A stretch of 64,000 nt of DNA from Planctomycetota bacterium (GCA_965223265.1 OZ244999.1:7392001-7456000); one strand, 5' to 3'; shown: positions 49,906 through 58,890, counted from the first letter of the stretch. Notes: generated by a model not told the origin, from the sequence alone. Numbers and translations: made by a program.

Positions 49906-50149
49906 AGTGCGAAAGCGTGGTCAGTTCAACGCGGCCGAATCAGAACCTGATCCTGCTCCGCTCCGGCCGCAGAAATCAGTTGGACGAGCAACAAGGAAGC
50001 TCCAAAGGTAACAGGTCGTGTGGTCCAGCCGAACGACTTTCTCTTGTCTCGGTCGCCTCGCCACTCATTCCAGGATCCGAAGCCCGTGCGCGTGATCCCA
50101 ACGCGTGCAAAAAATGGCCTGCGAGGGCGGCGAATTGTGCCGCGTTTGC

Positions 50150-50219
50150 GTGGGAGTGTGGGTGGGAGTGTGGGTGGGAGTGTGGGTGGGAGTGTGGGTG
50201 GGAGTGTGGGTGGGAGTGG
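50150..50219 (+). repeat. 12-nt tandem repeat (GTGGGAGTGTGG) x5 plus partial
   Basis: Read directly from the sequence. Confidence 0.95.
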
Positions 50220-50221
50220 AC

Positions 50222-50335
50222 GTGTCCGGTACGCTTCTGACTCGGTATCGGTATCTGCCTCTGACTCTGACTCCGTATCCGTATCCGCCTCTGCCTCTGG
50301 CTCTGACTCCGTATCTGTTTCCGTATCTGTCTCGT
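50222..50335 (+). repeat. Left flank of cassette A: 36-bp direct repeat followed by degenerate 6-nt-period TCYGNN repeats
   Basis: gtgtccggtacgcttctgactcggtatcggtatctg (50222-50257) recurs at 50961-50996; then tctgac/tccgta/tctgcc units. Confidence 0.9.
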
Positions 50336-50339
50336 CGTC

Positions 50340-50370
50340 AAAACCCGCCGCGCGAAGTGCTGCACGGCGG
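50340..50370 (-). terminator. Hairpin/terminator after four-helix-bundle gene A
   Basis: Minus strand ccgccgtgc..gcgcggcgg-gtttt; conserved behind copy C (about 59290-59321). Confidence 0.55.
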
Positions 50371-50385
50371 ACCAAGGTTTCCGCG

Positions 50386-50709
50386 TCAGCGCGTCAGTTT
50401 CCAGAGCATTGCCTGCAGCCGATCGATGTCCGCAAGCACCGCAGTTGTCTCCACTGCATCGACGTAGCCCCACGCCTCAGCAACGCGCAGAGCCGTCCGC
50501 ACCTCCTCGGCGCTGCCCGAAGCAATGCGCCAAAGATGGCCGCGGTCACGACCCTGACGCCGATTGCCCTCGCCGAGGTTGAGTGCCACTGAAGAACCCG
50601 CGTCGCGCAGCTGAGCGGCCAGCTTTGAGTCGTGACGACGGATGCTCGAGACAAGGGGACGCAGCTGACGAACGATGCCAAAAGTGTGATCCAGAGCAAG
50701 AAAGCTCAT
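50386..50709 (-). CDS. Four helix bundle protein (Avd / 23S rRNA IVS-like), copy A, 107 aa
   Basis: QLRDAGSSVALNLGEG..RIASGSAEEV matches the QxRRA.xSxxxNIAEG..IARGSxxE family signature; ATG at 50709. Confidence 0.9.
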   Translation of the reverse strand: MSFLALDHTFGIVRQLRPLVSSIRRHDSKLAAQLRDAGSSVALNLGEGNRRQGRDRGHLWRIASGSAEEVRTALRVAEAWGYVDAVETTAVLADIDRLQAMLWKLTR

Positions 50710-50754
50710 GTGTGACTCCGGTAACGGCTGAGCGACCTGTCGCCGACGCCCGAC

Positions 50755-50878
50755 GCGGCGGCGTTTCACTGCCGCCAACCGAACGAGAGACGGGGTCAAG
50801 GGCGCGAAGCGCCGAGCGCAGCGAGGGCACCCTTGAGGCCGGCTCTCGTTCGGTTACGATCGACACAATCGCCGCCGC
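50755..50878 (-). other. Conserved nested-hairpin leader of cassette A
   Basis: Invariant 41-nt core at 50796-50836; stems aaccgaacgagag/ctctcgttcggtt and gcggcggcg/cgccgccgc. Confidence 0.85.
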
Positions 50879-50948
50879 ACGCACGCCATAGCAACCCGCC
50901 GCTTCTCTGCCTGCCTCCGACTCGATCTCCGATTCCGCCTCGGAATGC

Positions 50949-51116
50949 GTGGGCGTGGGAGTGTCCGGTACGCTTCTGACTCGGTATCGGTATCTGGCTC
51001 TGACCCGTGTCTCCGTATCTGCCTCTGACTCTGACTCCGTATCCGTATCCGTATCTGCCTCTGACTCTGACTCCGTATCTGTTTCCGCCTCTGCCTCTGA
51101 ACAGAGGCGGATACGG
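50949..51116 (+). repeat. Right flank of cassette A: second 36-bp direct repeat plus 6-nt-period repeats ending in an inverted copy
   Basis: 50961-50996 is identical to 50222-50257; the tract ends in cagaggcggatacgga, complementary to the repeat units. Confidence 0.88.
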
Positions 51117-51151
51117 ACGCCGGGGACGCAGTCGGGACCGGCTCGTTTCGT

Positions 51152-53677
51152 TCACGGCAGATGGGCGCGGCTGCGGATCAACCACTCCACTAGCAGGATT
51201 CCAAGCACGAGTGACAGCAGCAGTAAAGGGGAATCCCACGCCGTCATGGTTTCGGTGTGGGCGGCGACGCGTGAGTCGCGGTGCCACAATTCGCCACACT
51301 CGTCGGCACGGCTGAGGGGCAGAAAGACGCCGTCGGTCAAGGTGGCGAGCTCCTTGAGAAGTGTGGCATTGCAGCTGAGATCTGAGGACTCGGGGTCATC
51401 TTCCGGGACGACCACAAAGGACACGGTCGCACGCTCCTTCGCTGCGTCGTAGCCAGGCACCGTGGCAGGATCGATGGCCGCATGGAATTCGCGCGCTGCG
51501 AGGGTGTTTTTCTCATCCCCATTCACCCTCGCAGGCTCGCCGTTGCCTACGGACTCGAGTAGCCGCTGCGCGGAAACACGGCCTCGATACCGATGCCCGC
51601 CGCGTTCGACGGGTGCCAGCGTGACGCGCAGCCGCGGAGCTCCGGCGGCACTGGTCGTCGCCGCGTCGACCGTGCTGGCCGTGAGCAGGGCGGTGATGCG
51701 GTCGACGTTCGCCGCGGTGACGTCGTCCTTCAAGACGGTCTCGATCGTGATGTCTTCGTTCGACTCGTAGATCGTCTCGCTAGCGCCAAGGCGCAGCGCA
51801 TCGTCTTCTTCACTCAGCTCGGAGAGCACCGCAAATCGCACAAGTTGCTCCCAGAACCGGGTGTGCAGTCGGTCTCCAATGCGATAACGCCATCGCCAGG
51901 TTGAATCGATTCCGAGATAGATCACGCGACCCGCACCGATGTCGCGGGTCACGAGAACCGCGCCTCGCGAATGCACGAATTCGCGAGCTCGCGCGGCGCG
52001 ATTTCGAACGCCCGCCGCAAACGAGTCGAATCCTCTCAACTTCTTCACATCCCGCACGGCTACGCTCGCCAGGACCTCGGCTCCCTCGACAACACCGTCA
52101 ACCGGTGAAAGCCATAGATGGGCTGGGAGAAGCTCCCACAACTCGACGTTGCGTTCGCGATCGGTCAGAAGGCGTGTGATGGGAGATCTTTCGCCAGCAG
52201 GTGTCAACTCGAGGCTCAACCCCTCGCGCGCGGTCACGAAGCCAAGCTGCGTCGACGGCAGCGGATCGACGGGTCGGATCGGTAGTAGATCAGCCAGCGG
52301 CGTTGCGAGCCACGCGTATGGCATGTGCTGCGGTCCCGCCAACAACATCAGGGTGCCGCCGCGCTCAGTGACGAAGTCGTTGAGTAGTCTTTTCAGCTCT
52401 CGCGACATCACGTCGGGTGACACGTCACCGAGGATCAAGAGCGTGTGCTCGAACAGCCCCTCTCGCGTGGTGGGAAATTCCGGCGGCAACACGTCGTTCG
52501 GTGCCGCTGCGAGCAAAAGCGTCTCGGCGTCAAAGCGTTCATCGCGCTGCCAGCGAGCCCGAAGATAGCGCCAGTCCCATCGCGGTCGACCCTCCAGATA
52601 GAGGACTCGCGCTGGGCCTTCCACCACGTCGACCCACAGTTCACGCGTGTTGTTGTCGGCGGTGATCTCCCCGGGCTCCGCCGGCACACTGACGACAAAC
52701 TTCTTACGACCTGCCGCGCCAGGATCGAATGCAACCGATACGCCCATTGTTCCACCCCCGTCGGGCACGGTCAGTCTCTGTTCGAAGATCGTTTCGTCCT
52801 CACGTCGCACGATCACATCCAGAGGAGTGCCTGCGTCAAACCCATTAACTCTGAGAGTCACATGCGCCTTGACGCTCTCACCGACCAAGAGACGGCGATC
52901 AGCGTCGATCCGGAGTAGGTCGACGTCCCGAGGCGGATCGATCGGCCCCACGCCAATGGCAGCAACCGGCGCGTTGAGCGCCGCAATGCGTTCGAAGGCT
53001 GCAGCAAGATCGTCAGGCGAGTGATGCCTGCCGTCGGTGACAAGCAACACGCCGGCAAGTCGCCGCCGATCTGCGAGCCGCATCAGCTCCGCGGCCAAAG
53101 GGGAGCCGAGATGCGTCCCCCCCGCCGCCCGCAGTGAATCCATCGCAGCCTGCTGCTCGGCCGCGTTGTCGCCGGGAAGCGGTGTGACATGGTCGGCGAG
53201 GGCGTAGAACTCTACATCGAAATCCCTCACCAGATCCTGCCACCAGCGCGTCGTAAAGAGTCGACGTGCGCGCTCGAGGCGCGTTGATCGACGCACGCGC
53301 TCGAGGACGACACGACTGGATTCGTCGATGTCGTGCTCGGACGCCGCGAGCTTTTCGGTCGGCAGATACTCCAGCACGGCCGCCTCACCGCGCACGGCGG
53401 CAGACGATTGCTGCGGATCGGTGAGGCCGAAGCTGGCGGAGGCGTCGAGCATCACCGCCAGAGTTGAGTGTTCGACTCGCCGCCGCTCACGCTGCCAACT
53501 CGGATTGGCGAGCAACGTGACGACGACAGCAATGAGCACGAGACGCGTCCCCGTGATGGCGATCGCGACTCCAGCGCCGCTAGCCCGCCGCTCACGCCCA
53601 CCCAGCGAGTATGCCAAACCCGCGGCACAGGCGAGCAGGACAACTACCCACTGAAGGCTCAGACCGGGGTCACTCAT
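51152..53677 (-). CDS. vWA-domain membrane protein with GATase-like domain (MoxR-associated)
   Basis: MIDAS VMLDASASF, LVTDG, IGVG, VLYLEGRPRWDWRYL, DSTWRWR, C-terminal EWLIR TM. Confidence 0.85.
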   Translation of the reverse strand: MSDPGLSLQWVVVLLACAAGLAYSLGGRERRASGAGVAIAITGTRLVLIAVVVTLLANPSWQRERRRVEHSTLAVMLDASASFGLTDPQQSSAAVRGEAAVLEYLPTEKLAASEHDIDESSRVVLERVRRSTRLERARRLFTTRWWQDLVRDFDVEFYALADHVTPLPGDNAAEQQAAMDSLRAAGGTHLGSPLAAELMRLADRRRLAGVLLVTDGRHHSPDDLAAAFERIAALNAPVAAIGVGPIDPPRDVDLLRIDADRRLLVGESVKAHVTLRVNGFDAGTPLDVIVRREDETIFEQRLTVPDGGGTMGVSVAFDPGAAGRKKFVVSVPAEPGEITADNNTRELWVDVVEGPARVLYLEGRPRWDWRYLRARWQRDERFDAETLLLAAAPNDVLPPEFPTTREGLFEHTLLILGDVSPDVMSRELKRLLNDFVTERGGTLMLLAGPQHMPYAWLATPLADLLPIRPVDPLPSTQLGFVTAREGLSLELTPAGERSPITRLLTDRERNVELWELLPAHLWLSPVDGVVEGAEVLASVAVRDVKKLRGFDSFAAGVRNRAARAREFVHSRGAVLVTRDIGAGRVIYLGIDSTWRWRYRIGDRLHTRFWEQLVRFAVLSELSEEDDALRLGASETIYESNEDITIETVLKDDVTAANVDRITALLTASTVDAATTSAAGAPRLRVTLAPVERGGHRYRGRVSAQRLLESVGNGEPARVNGDEKNTLAAREFHAAIDPATVPGYDAAKERATVSFVVVPEDDPESSDLSCNATLLKELATLTDGVFLPLSRADECGELWHRDSRVAAHTETMTAWDSPLLLLSLVLGILLVEWLIRSRAHLP

Positions 53678-53981
53678 TGAACTGATATAGGGTCTTCCGT
53701 ATCAAGAGGTCGCCGCGACAGCTCCTGGCCCGCCGCTCCCATCGCGGCGATGAATATCCTCTGGAAAAGAATGGAGACATTATCGTCACTTGCGTCTATG
53801 CAAGGCTATCATCTCTCCGACAAACGGCCGATCACATCATGAGACGGCTATTCGTGGCGACGATATACCTGCGCGGTGGAGACTCGATGCCGGCGAGTTC
53901 TCGGCCGACTGACAGCGCTGCGGGCAGCGAATTCACGGACGAAACACCGGTGAACCGAACGCGAGGAGGAGCCCCTATCAG

Positions 53982-56900
53982 GTGACTGCGTCCAAACCGA
54001 ATACTCTTGCGGCTCTCCTGACGACGCAGTTTCTCGGCGCGTTCAACGACAACGCCTGGAAGATGGTGGCGATTCTTCTCGGCACCCGCGTCGCAAGCGA
54101 CGCGGACCGTCTCGCCGAGAGCAGTCGGCAGTGGACGCTTGCATTCGTCGCCTTCAGCGTGCCATACCTGATTCTATCGCTTCCCGCGGGATCGTTGGCA
54201 GACCGCGTCAGCAAGCGTACTGTGCTGATTGTGGCCAAAGCGGTCGAGATGGCACTCATGATCGCGGGGCTGGCTGTCCTCGTCTTGGCGCCGAATGAGC
54301 CGTGGCTTCTCCTTGGCATCCTCGCCTGCATGGGGGCGCAGTCGGCACTTCTTGGACCCGCAAAGTACGGCATCGTGCCAGAACTCGTGCCGCACTCGCG
54401 GCTCTCGTCGGCGAACGGACAAATCGAGCTCTGGACCTTTGCGGCGATCGTTCTCGGCACTGCGGGAGGTGGCGTCCTTCTCGATCTCAGCGAGACTGCC
54501 ACCGACGGAGTGTGGCTCGTCGGCATCGCCCTTGTGGTTCTAGCCGCCGTCGGACTCGCCGCCTCGCGTCGCGTACCGCACGTTCCAGCGGTCGGCAGCC
54601 GTGAACCACTCGTCGCGACCGTCCACGGTGCATGGAATTCCATTCGTTCCGAACGCATTCTCTGGCTGACCGTTCTAGGGCTCACATTCTATTGGGGAAT
54701 CATTTCGCTTGTCGGTCAAGTGATCGGCATCTACGTGCAGAACGATCTCAAAGCGACGGACGCGCAGGCCGGACTACCGCTGGCGATCTTCGGTGTCGGT
54801 GTCGGTGTCGGCAGCCTGTTCGCCGGGCACTTTTCGCGCGGCAAGGTCGAGTCGGGACTGATCCCATTTGGTGCCCTTGGCCTGGCAACGACACTCGTGC
54901 TCATGGGAAATCTGCCGCCCGAGTCCGTCAGCACGATGCTGCCGTGGGCCTTCGCGATGGGGTTTGCGAGCGGACTCATGATTGTGCCGCTCAACGCACT
55001 CCTGCAGTGGCGCTCACCGGAGAATCGTCGCGGCGCGATTATCGCGCTGTCGAACGTCTTCGTATCGGTCGGCATCATCGCGGGCTCCTTGAGCTCCAAC
55101 CTCCTATCAGCCTGGGGCAACACGGCGAGCTCGAGCATTCTGAGCGCCGGCGTCCTCACCGTCATCGGGTCTCTTTGGTCGCTCTGGATCCTACCAAGCG
55201 CGTTTCTTCGCCTGCTCCTGCTCCTCCTGACGAACACGCTCTACCGACTCAAGATTCTCGGACGGGCTAATGTGCCCGAAACCGGTGGCGCACTTCTCGT
55301 CCCGAACCACGTCTCGTTCGCCGACGGTTTGTTTCTCATCGCCAGTGTCGATCGGCCGATTCGATTCATCGTCGACGCGAACTACTTCCATCATCCAGTG
55401 CTTAAGCCGTTCATGAAGTCGCTTGGAGCCATCCCAATCACGGCAGCAGGCGGCCCACGGGTGGTCTTGCGTGCGCTCCGTGACGCAGGGGAATACTTGG
55501 AGCAAGGGCACCTGGTGTGCATCTTCGCCGAGGGACAAATTACGCGCACCGGCATGCTGCTCCCGTTTCGCCGCGGACTCGAGCGCATCGTCAAAGGCCG
55601 GAATGTGCCCATCATTCCGGTCCACCTTGATGGCGCCTGGGGCAGCGTCTTTAGCCGCTCGGGCGGGCGCTTCTTGCTGAAGATTCCGCAACGAGTCCCG
55701 TATCCGATCACGGTGACGTTCGGGGAAACCCTCGACCCAGGCACGAGGGTCGCAGATATCAGACGGTCCGTGCACGAGCTCAGCGAAGTCGCGTGGCGCA
55801 GTCGCACCTCAGAGCGGCGTCCACTGCACCATTCCTACATCAAGCGCGCGCGGCGCCGCCCGCTGCGACTAATCTTCGCGGATGCAACGAAGCCGAAAGT
55901 GACTGGGTTCGCTTCCCTGGTCGGAGCCATCGCCTTGGCTCGAGCACTACGCCGACACTGGCCCGGAAGCGAACGCGTTGGTATTCTTCTGCCCTCGTCG
56001 GTCGCTGGAGCGTTGACCAACATCGCTGCGACCATGGCTGGAAAAACCAGCGTCAACCTAAACTTCACCACCGGACAGTCAAGCTTCGAGTCAGCGATTC
56101 GCCAGTCGGGACTGAAAAGCGTAGTGACGAGTCGACAGATGCTGGAGAAGGTCCAGCTGACAATTCCAGAAGGCGTCACCACAGTGTGGTTAGAAGATGT
56201 TCACAAGAACATCGGCGTCGGGGCCAAATTGTTTGCCTTCATGATTGCTGCGTTGGCACCGACGCGTGTCGTCGAGCGCGCATGCGGATCTGAGAAGAAG
56301 ATCACCGGCGGCGACACGGTAACGATCATCTTTAGCAGCGGCAGTACCGGAGAACCAAAGGGCGTTATGCTCACCCACGCGAACATCGATGCGAACGTCG
56401 AAGGCGTCGCCCAAGTGACCCGTGTCAACGCCGACGATTGTTTGATCGGACTCCTTCCTCTATTCCACTCATTCGGATACATGGCGCTCTGGTTCGCGGC
56501 GAATCGCCGTCTAGCGACCGTGTTTCATCCCAACCCGTTGGACGCCGGCATGGTGGGCGAGCTCGTCCACCGCTACAGCGTCTCGCTCCTGATCGCCACC
56601 CCAACCTTCCTGCAGCTCTACCTACGGCGCTGCACGCCGGCCCAGTTCGGCTCACTGAGGCTTGTACTGGTCGGCGCAGAAAAGCTATCTGACCGTTTGG
56701 CGCTGGCTTTCGAAGAACAGTTCGGCATCCGTCCCGTAGAGGGCTACGGAGCGACGGAGTGCTCGCCGGCGATCACGGTGAGCGCAGGAGACTATCGCGC
56801 CCCAGGTTTCTTCCAGCCTGGCTCGCGCCGTGGATCTGTGGGCCAACCGCTACCCGGCGTGGCTGTCCGTATCGTAAACCCTGACAGCCGAGAAGAACTG

Positions 56901-57413
56901 CCTTTCGGCGAAGCAGGGTTGATCCTCGTCAAGGGTCCCAACGTCATGCAGGGCTATCTGGGACGCGACGACCTGACCGAAGAGGCGATGAAGGATGGCT
57001 GGTACGTCACAGGTGACATCGGGGTGATGGACGAAGACGGCTTTCTTCGCATCACGGATCGCCTCTCTCGGTTTTCGAAGATTGGTGGAGAGATGGTCCC
57101 GCACGGACGCGTCGAGGCCGCCCTCCAAGAAGCTGCCGGAGAGGACATGCAGGTCTTCGCTGTGACGTCCATCGTCGACGATCGAAAGGGTGAAAAACTC
57201 ATCGTACTCCACACCCTCGACGAAGACCGGATTCCGAAGATCGTTGAACAGCTCGCTCAAGCGGGGCTCCCGAATCTGTTTGTGCCACGGCCGGACCAGT
57301 TCCTCAAGGTTGAAACCCTCCCCGTGTTGGGCACGGGCAAGCTCGATCTACGTGCGATCAAGACCATCGCCGAGGAGGCGTTCGCGCCGTCGACAGCCGC
57401 GGGCGATCGTTAG
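53982..57413 (+). CDS. aas: Acyl-ACP--phospholipid O-acyltransferase / acyl-ACP synthetase fused to an LplT-like MFS domain
   Basis: TQFLGAFNDN MFS start, PlsC NHVSFAD and FAEG, AMP-binding FSSGSTGEPKGV, EGYGATE, DRLSRFSKIGGEMV. Confidence 0.93.
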   Translation: MTASKPNTLAALLTTQFLGAFNDNAWKMVAILLGTRVASDADRLAESSRQWTLAFVAFSVPYLILSLPAGSLADRVSKRTVLIVAKAVEMALMIAGLAVLVLAPNEPWLLLGILACMGAQSALLGPAKYGIVPELVPHSRLSSANGQIELWTFAAIVLGTAGGGVLLDLSETATDGVWLVGIALVVLAAVGLAASRRVPHVPAVGSREPLVATVHGAWNSIRSERILWLTVLGLTFYWGIISLVGQVIGIYVQNDLKATDAQAGLPLAIFGVGVGVGSLFAGHFSRGKVESGLIPFGALGLATTLVLMGNLPPESVSTMLPWAFAMGFASGLMIVPLNALLQWRSPENRRGAIIALSNVFVSVGIIAGSLSSNLLSAWGNTASSSILSAGVLTVIGSLWSLWILPSAFLRLLLLLLTNTLYRLKILGRANVPETGGALLVPNHVSFADGLFLIASVDRPIRFIVDANYFHHPVLKPFMKSLGAIPITAAGGPRVVLRALRDAGEYLEQGHLVCIFAEGQITRTGMLLPFRRGLERIVKGRNVPIIPVHLDGAWGSVFSRSGGRFLLKIPQRVPYPITVTFGETLDPGTRVADIRRSVHELSEVAWRSRTSERRPLHHSYIKRARRRPLRLIFADATKPKVTGFASLVGAIALARALRRHWPGSERVGILLPSSVAGALTNIAATMAGKTSVNLNFTTGQSSFESAIRQSGLKSVVTSRQMLEKVQLTIPEGVTTVWLEDVHKNIGVGAKLFAFMIAALAPTRVVERACGSEKKITGGDTVTIIFSSGSTGEPKGVMLTHANIDANVEGVAQVTRVNADDCLIGLLPLFHSFGYMALWFAANRRLATVFHPNPLDAGMVGELVHRYSVSLLIATPTFLQLYLRRCTPAQFGSLRLVLVGAEKLSDRLALAFEEQFGIRPVEGYGATECSPAITVSAGDYRAPGFFQPGSRRGSVGQPLPGVAVRIVNPDSREELPFGEAGLILVKGPNVMQGYLGRDDLTEEAMKDGWYVTGDIGVMDEDGFLRITDRLSRFSKIGGEMVPHGRVEAALQEAAGEDMQVFAVTSIVDDRKGEKLIVLHTLDEDRIPKIVEQLAQAGLPNLFVPRPDQFLKVETLPVLGTGKLDLRAIKTIAEEAFAPSTAAGDR

Positions 57414-57481
57414 CGCCAGCTGGAATTTGGCCATTCGGCGCGCCAAGGCGGTAAGCGCTGCGCGTGCGCGTGGGCGTGGGA

Positions 57482-57521
57482 GTGAGAGCGGTGTGAGAGC
57501 GGTGTGAGAGCGGTGTGAGAG
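57482..57521 (+). repeat. 11-nt tandem repeat (GTGAGAGCGGT) x3 plus partial
   Basis: Read directly from the sequence. Confidence 0.9.
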
Positions 57522-57710
57522 TCGGCGTGGGCGATCGCGTGGCGCGTGGGGTTTCCTAAACTAGCGGGTGCACGCCGAGGCTGTGAATCTTTTGGGACGT
57601 GCCCTCGAAACTTACGGTCACGGTCCGGACGACACACGTCACCGTGTGCCGTCCGCTCTTGCGAGAGCGAGAGGGGGAGTCCGTGTGGGAGTGGGAGGGG
57701 GAGTGGGAGG

Positions 57711-58348
57711 GGGAGTCCGTGTGGGAGTCCGTGTGGGAGGGGGTGCGCGCCTCTTCAACGTGGCAGGCACACGCCGTGTGCCGTCCGGCCTTGTCGGCGT
57801 GCGCGTCGGCCGTTCCCGTGGGTGTGGGAGTCCGTGTGGGAGTCCGTGTGGGAGGGGGTGCGCGCCTCTTCAACGTGGCAGGCACACGCCGTGTGCCGTC
57901 CGGCCTTGTCGGCGTGCGCGTCGGCCGTTCCCGTGGGTGTGGGAGTCCGTGTGGGAGTCCGTGTGGGAGGGGGTGCGCGCCTCTTCAACGTGGCAGGCAC
58001 ACGCCGTGTGCCGTCCGGCCTTGTCGGCGTGCGCGTCGGCCGTTCCCGTGGGTGTGGGAGTCCGTGTGGGAGTCCGTGTGGGAGGGGGTGCGCGCCTCTT
58101 CAACGTGGCAGGCACACGCCGTGTGCCGTCCGGCCTTGTCGGCGTGCGCGTCGGCCGTTCCCGTGGGTGTGGGAGTCCGTGTGGGAGTCCGTGTGGGAGG
58201 GGGTGCGCGCCTCTTCAACGTGGCAGGCACACGCCGTGTGCCGTCCGGCCTTGTCGGCGTGCGCGTCGGCCGTTCCCGTGGGTGTGGGAGTCCGTGTGGG
58301 AGTCCGTGTGGGAGTCCGTGTGGGAGTCCGTGTGGGAGTCCGTGTGGG
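57711..58348 (+). repeat. Tandem array of 5 identical 115-bp units, ending in (GTGTGGGAGTCC) x5
   Basis: ctcttcaacg recurs at 57751, 57866, 57981, 58096 and 58211; each unit has 12-mers plus the palindrome ggcacac-gcc-gtgtgcc. Confidence 0.95.
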
Positions 58349-58363
58349 TTGGGGTCACCGTAC

Positions 58364-58484
58364 GGCGGCGGTCTTGTCGAGCTTACGCGGTGCTCAGAAC
58401 TGTCAAGGGTGCCCTCGCTGCGCTCGGCGCTTCGCGCCCTTGACAGTTCCTCCGCTCCGCGTTGGGGGGTGGAGTACCGCCGCC
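58364..58484 (+). other. Conserved nested-hairpin leader of cassette B
   Basis: Invariant 41-nt core at 58403-58443; stems gaactg/cagttc, acgcgg/ccgcgt, ggcggcggt/accgccgcc. Confidence 0.85.
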
Positions 58485-58526
58485 CGGATGCGGCGGGCTC
58501 TTGACTCACCGTTTCGGAGGTCTCTC

Positions 58527-58850
58527 ATGCGCTTCATCGCTCTCGATGTCAGTCTCGGTTTGATTCGCGATTTGCGGGCTCCACTGCTGCGGCTTCGGAG
58601 GCTTGATCCCGATCTCCATCGGCAGATTCGGCGGGCTGCTTCTTCGGTCGCGCTCAATCTCTCCGAGGGTGCCGAGCGCGCTGGGAAAGACCGGCTGCAC
58701 CTCTACCGCGTTGCGCGCGGCAGTGCCCGGGAGGTCGAGACTGCCCTGCAGCTCTCTGTGGCCTGGGGCGATCTCAAGTGCGAAGACGTCTCAGCGCCTC
58801 TCCAGACCCTCGATCGACTCCTAGCTCTTCTCAGCGGCCTCACGCGCTGA
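58527..58850 (+). CDS. Four helix bundle protein, copy B, 107 aa
   Basis: SD ggagg, ATG at 58527; QIRRAASSVALNLSEG..RVARGSAREV. Confidence 0.9.
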   Translation: MRFIALDVSLGLIRDLRAPLLRLRRLDPDLHRQIRRAASSVALNLSEGAERAGKDRLHLYRVARGSAREVETALQLSVAWGDLKCEDVSAPLQTLDRLLALLSGLTR

Positions 58851-58862
58851 GCGAGACTACTG

Positions 58863-58890
58863 AGCGCCCGCTACTTTCGTAGCGGGCGCT
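58863..58890 (+). terminator. 12-bp perfect hairpin after gene B
   Basis: agcgcccgctac-tttc-gtagcgggcgct; no T-tract follows. Confidence 0.55.

Noticed and set aside
50386-50709. 23S rRNA intervening sequence
   Set aside because: The protein family name suggests it, but no rRNA sequence flanks any copy.
49881-51452. Low-complexity ORFs (WECG, HPHS, SVSASD repeats) and the analogous ORFs at 59686-60097
   Set aside because: They are translations of simple DNA repeats in several frames on both strands, with no SD or domain support.
57711-58348. CRISPR array
   Set aside because: Units are identical over the full 115 bp with no unique spacers, and no cas genes are present.
57546-58526. Long ORFs across the repeat array (57546-58850, 57568-58443, 57599-58504 and minus-strand ones)
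   Set aside because: They are open in all frames only because the repeat lacks stops, and the 115-bp period shifts frame; the real gene starts at 58527 with an SD.
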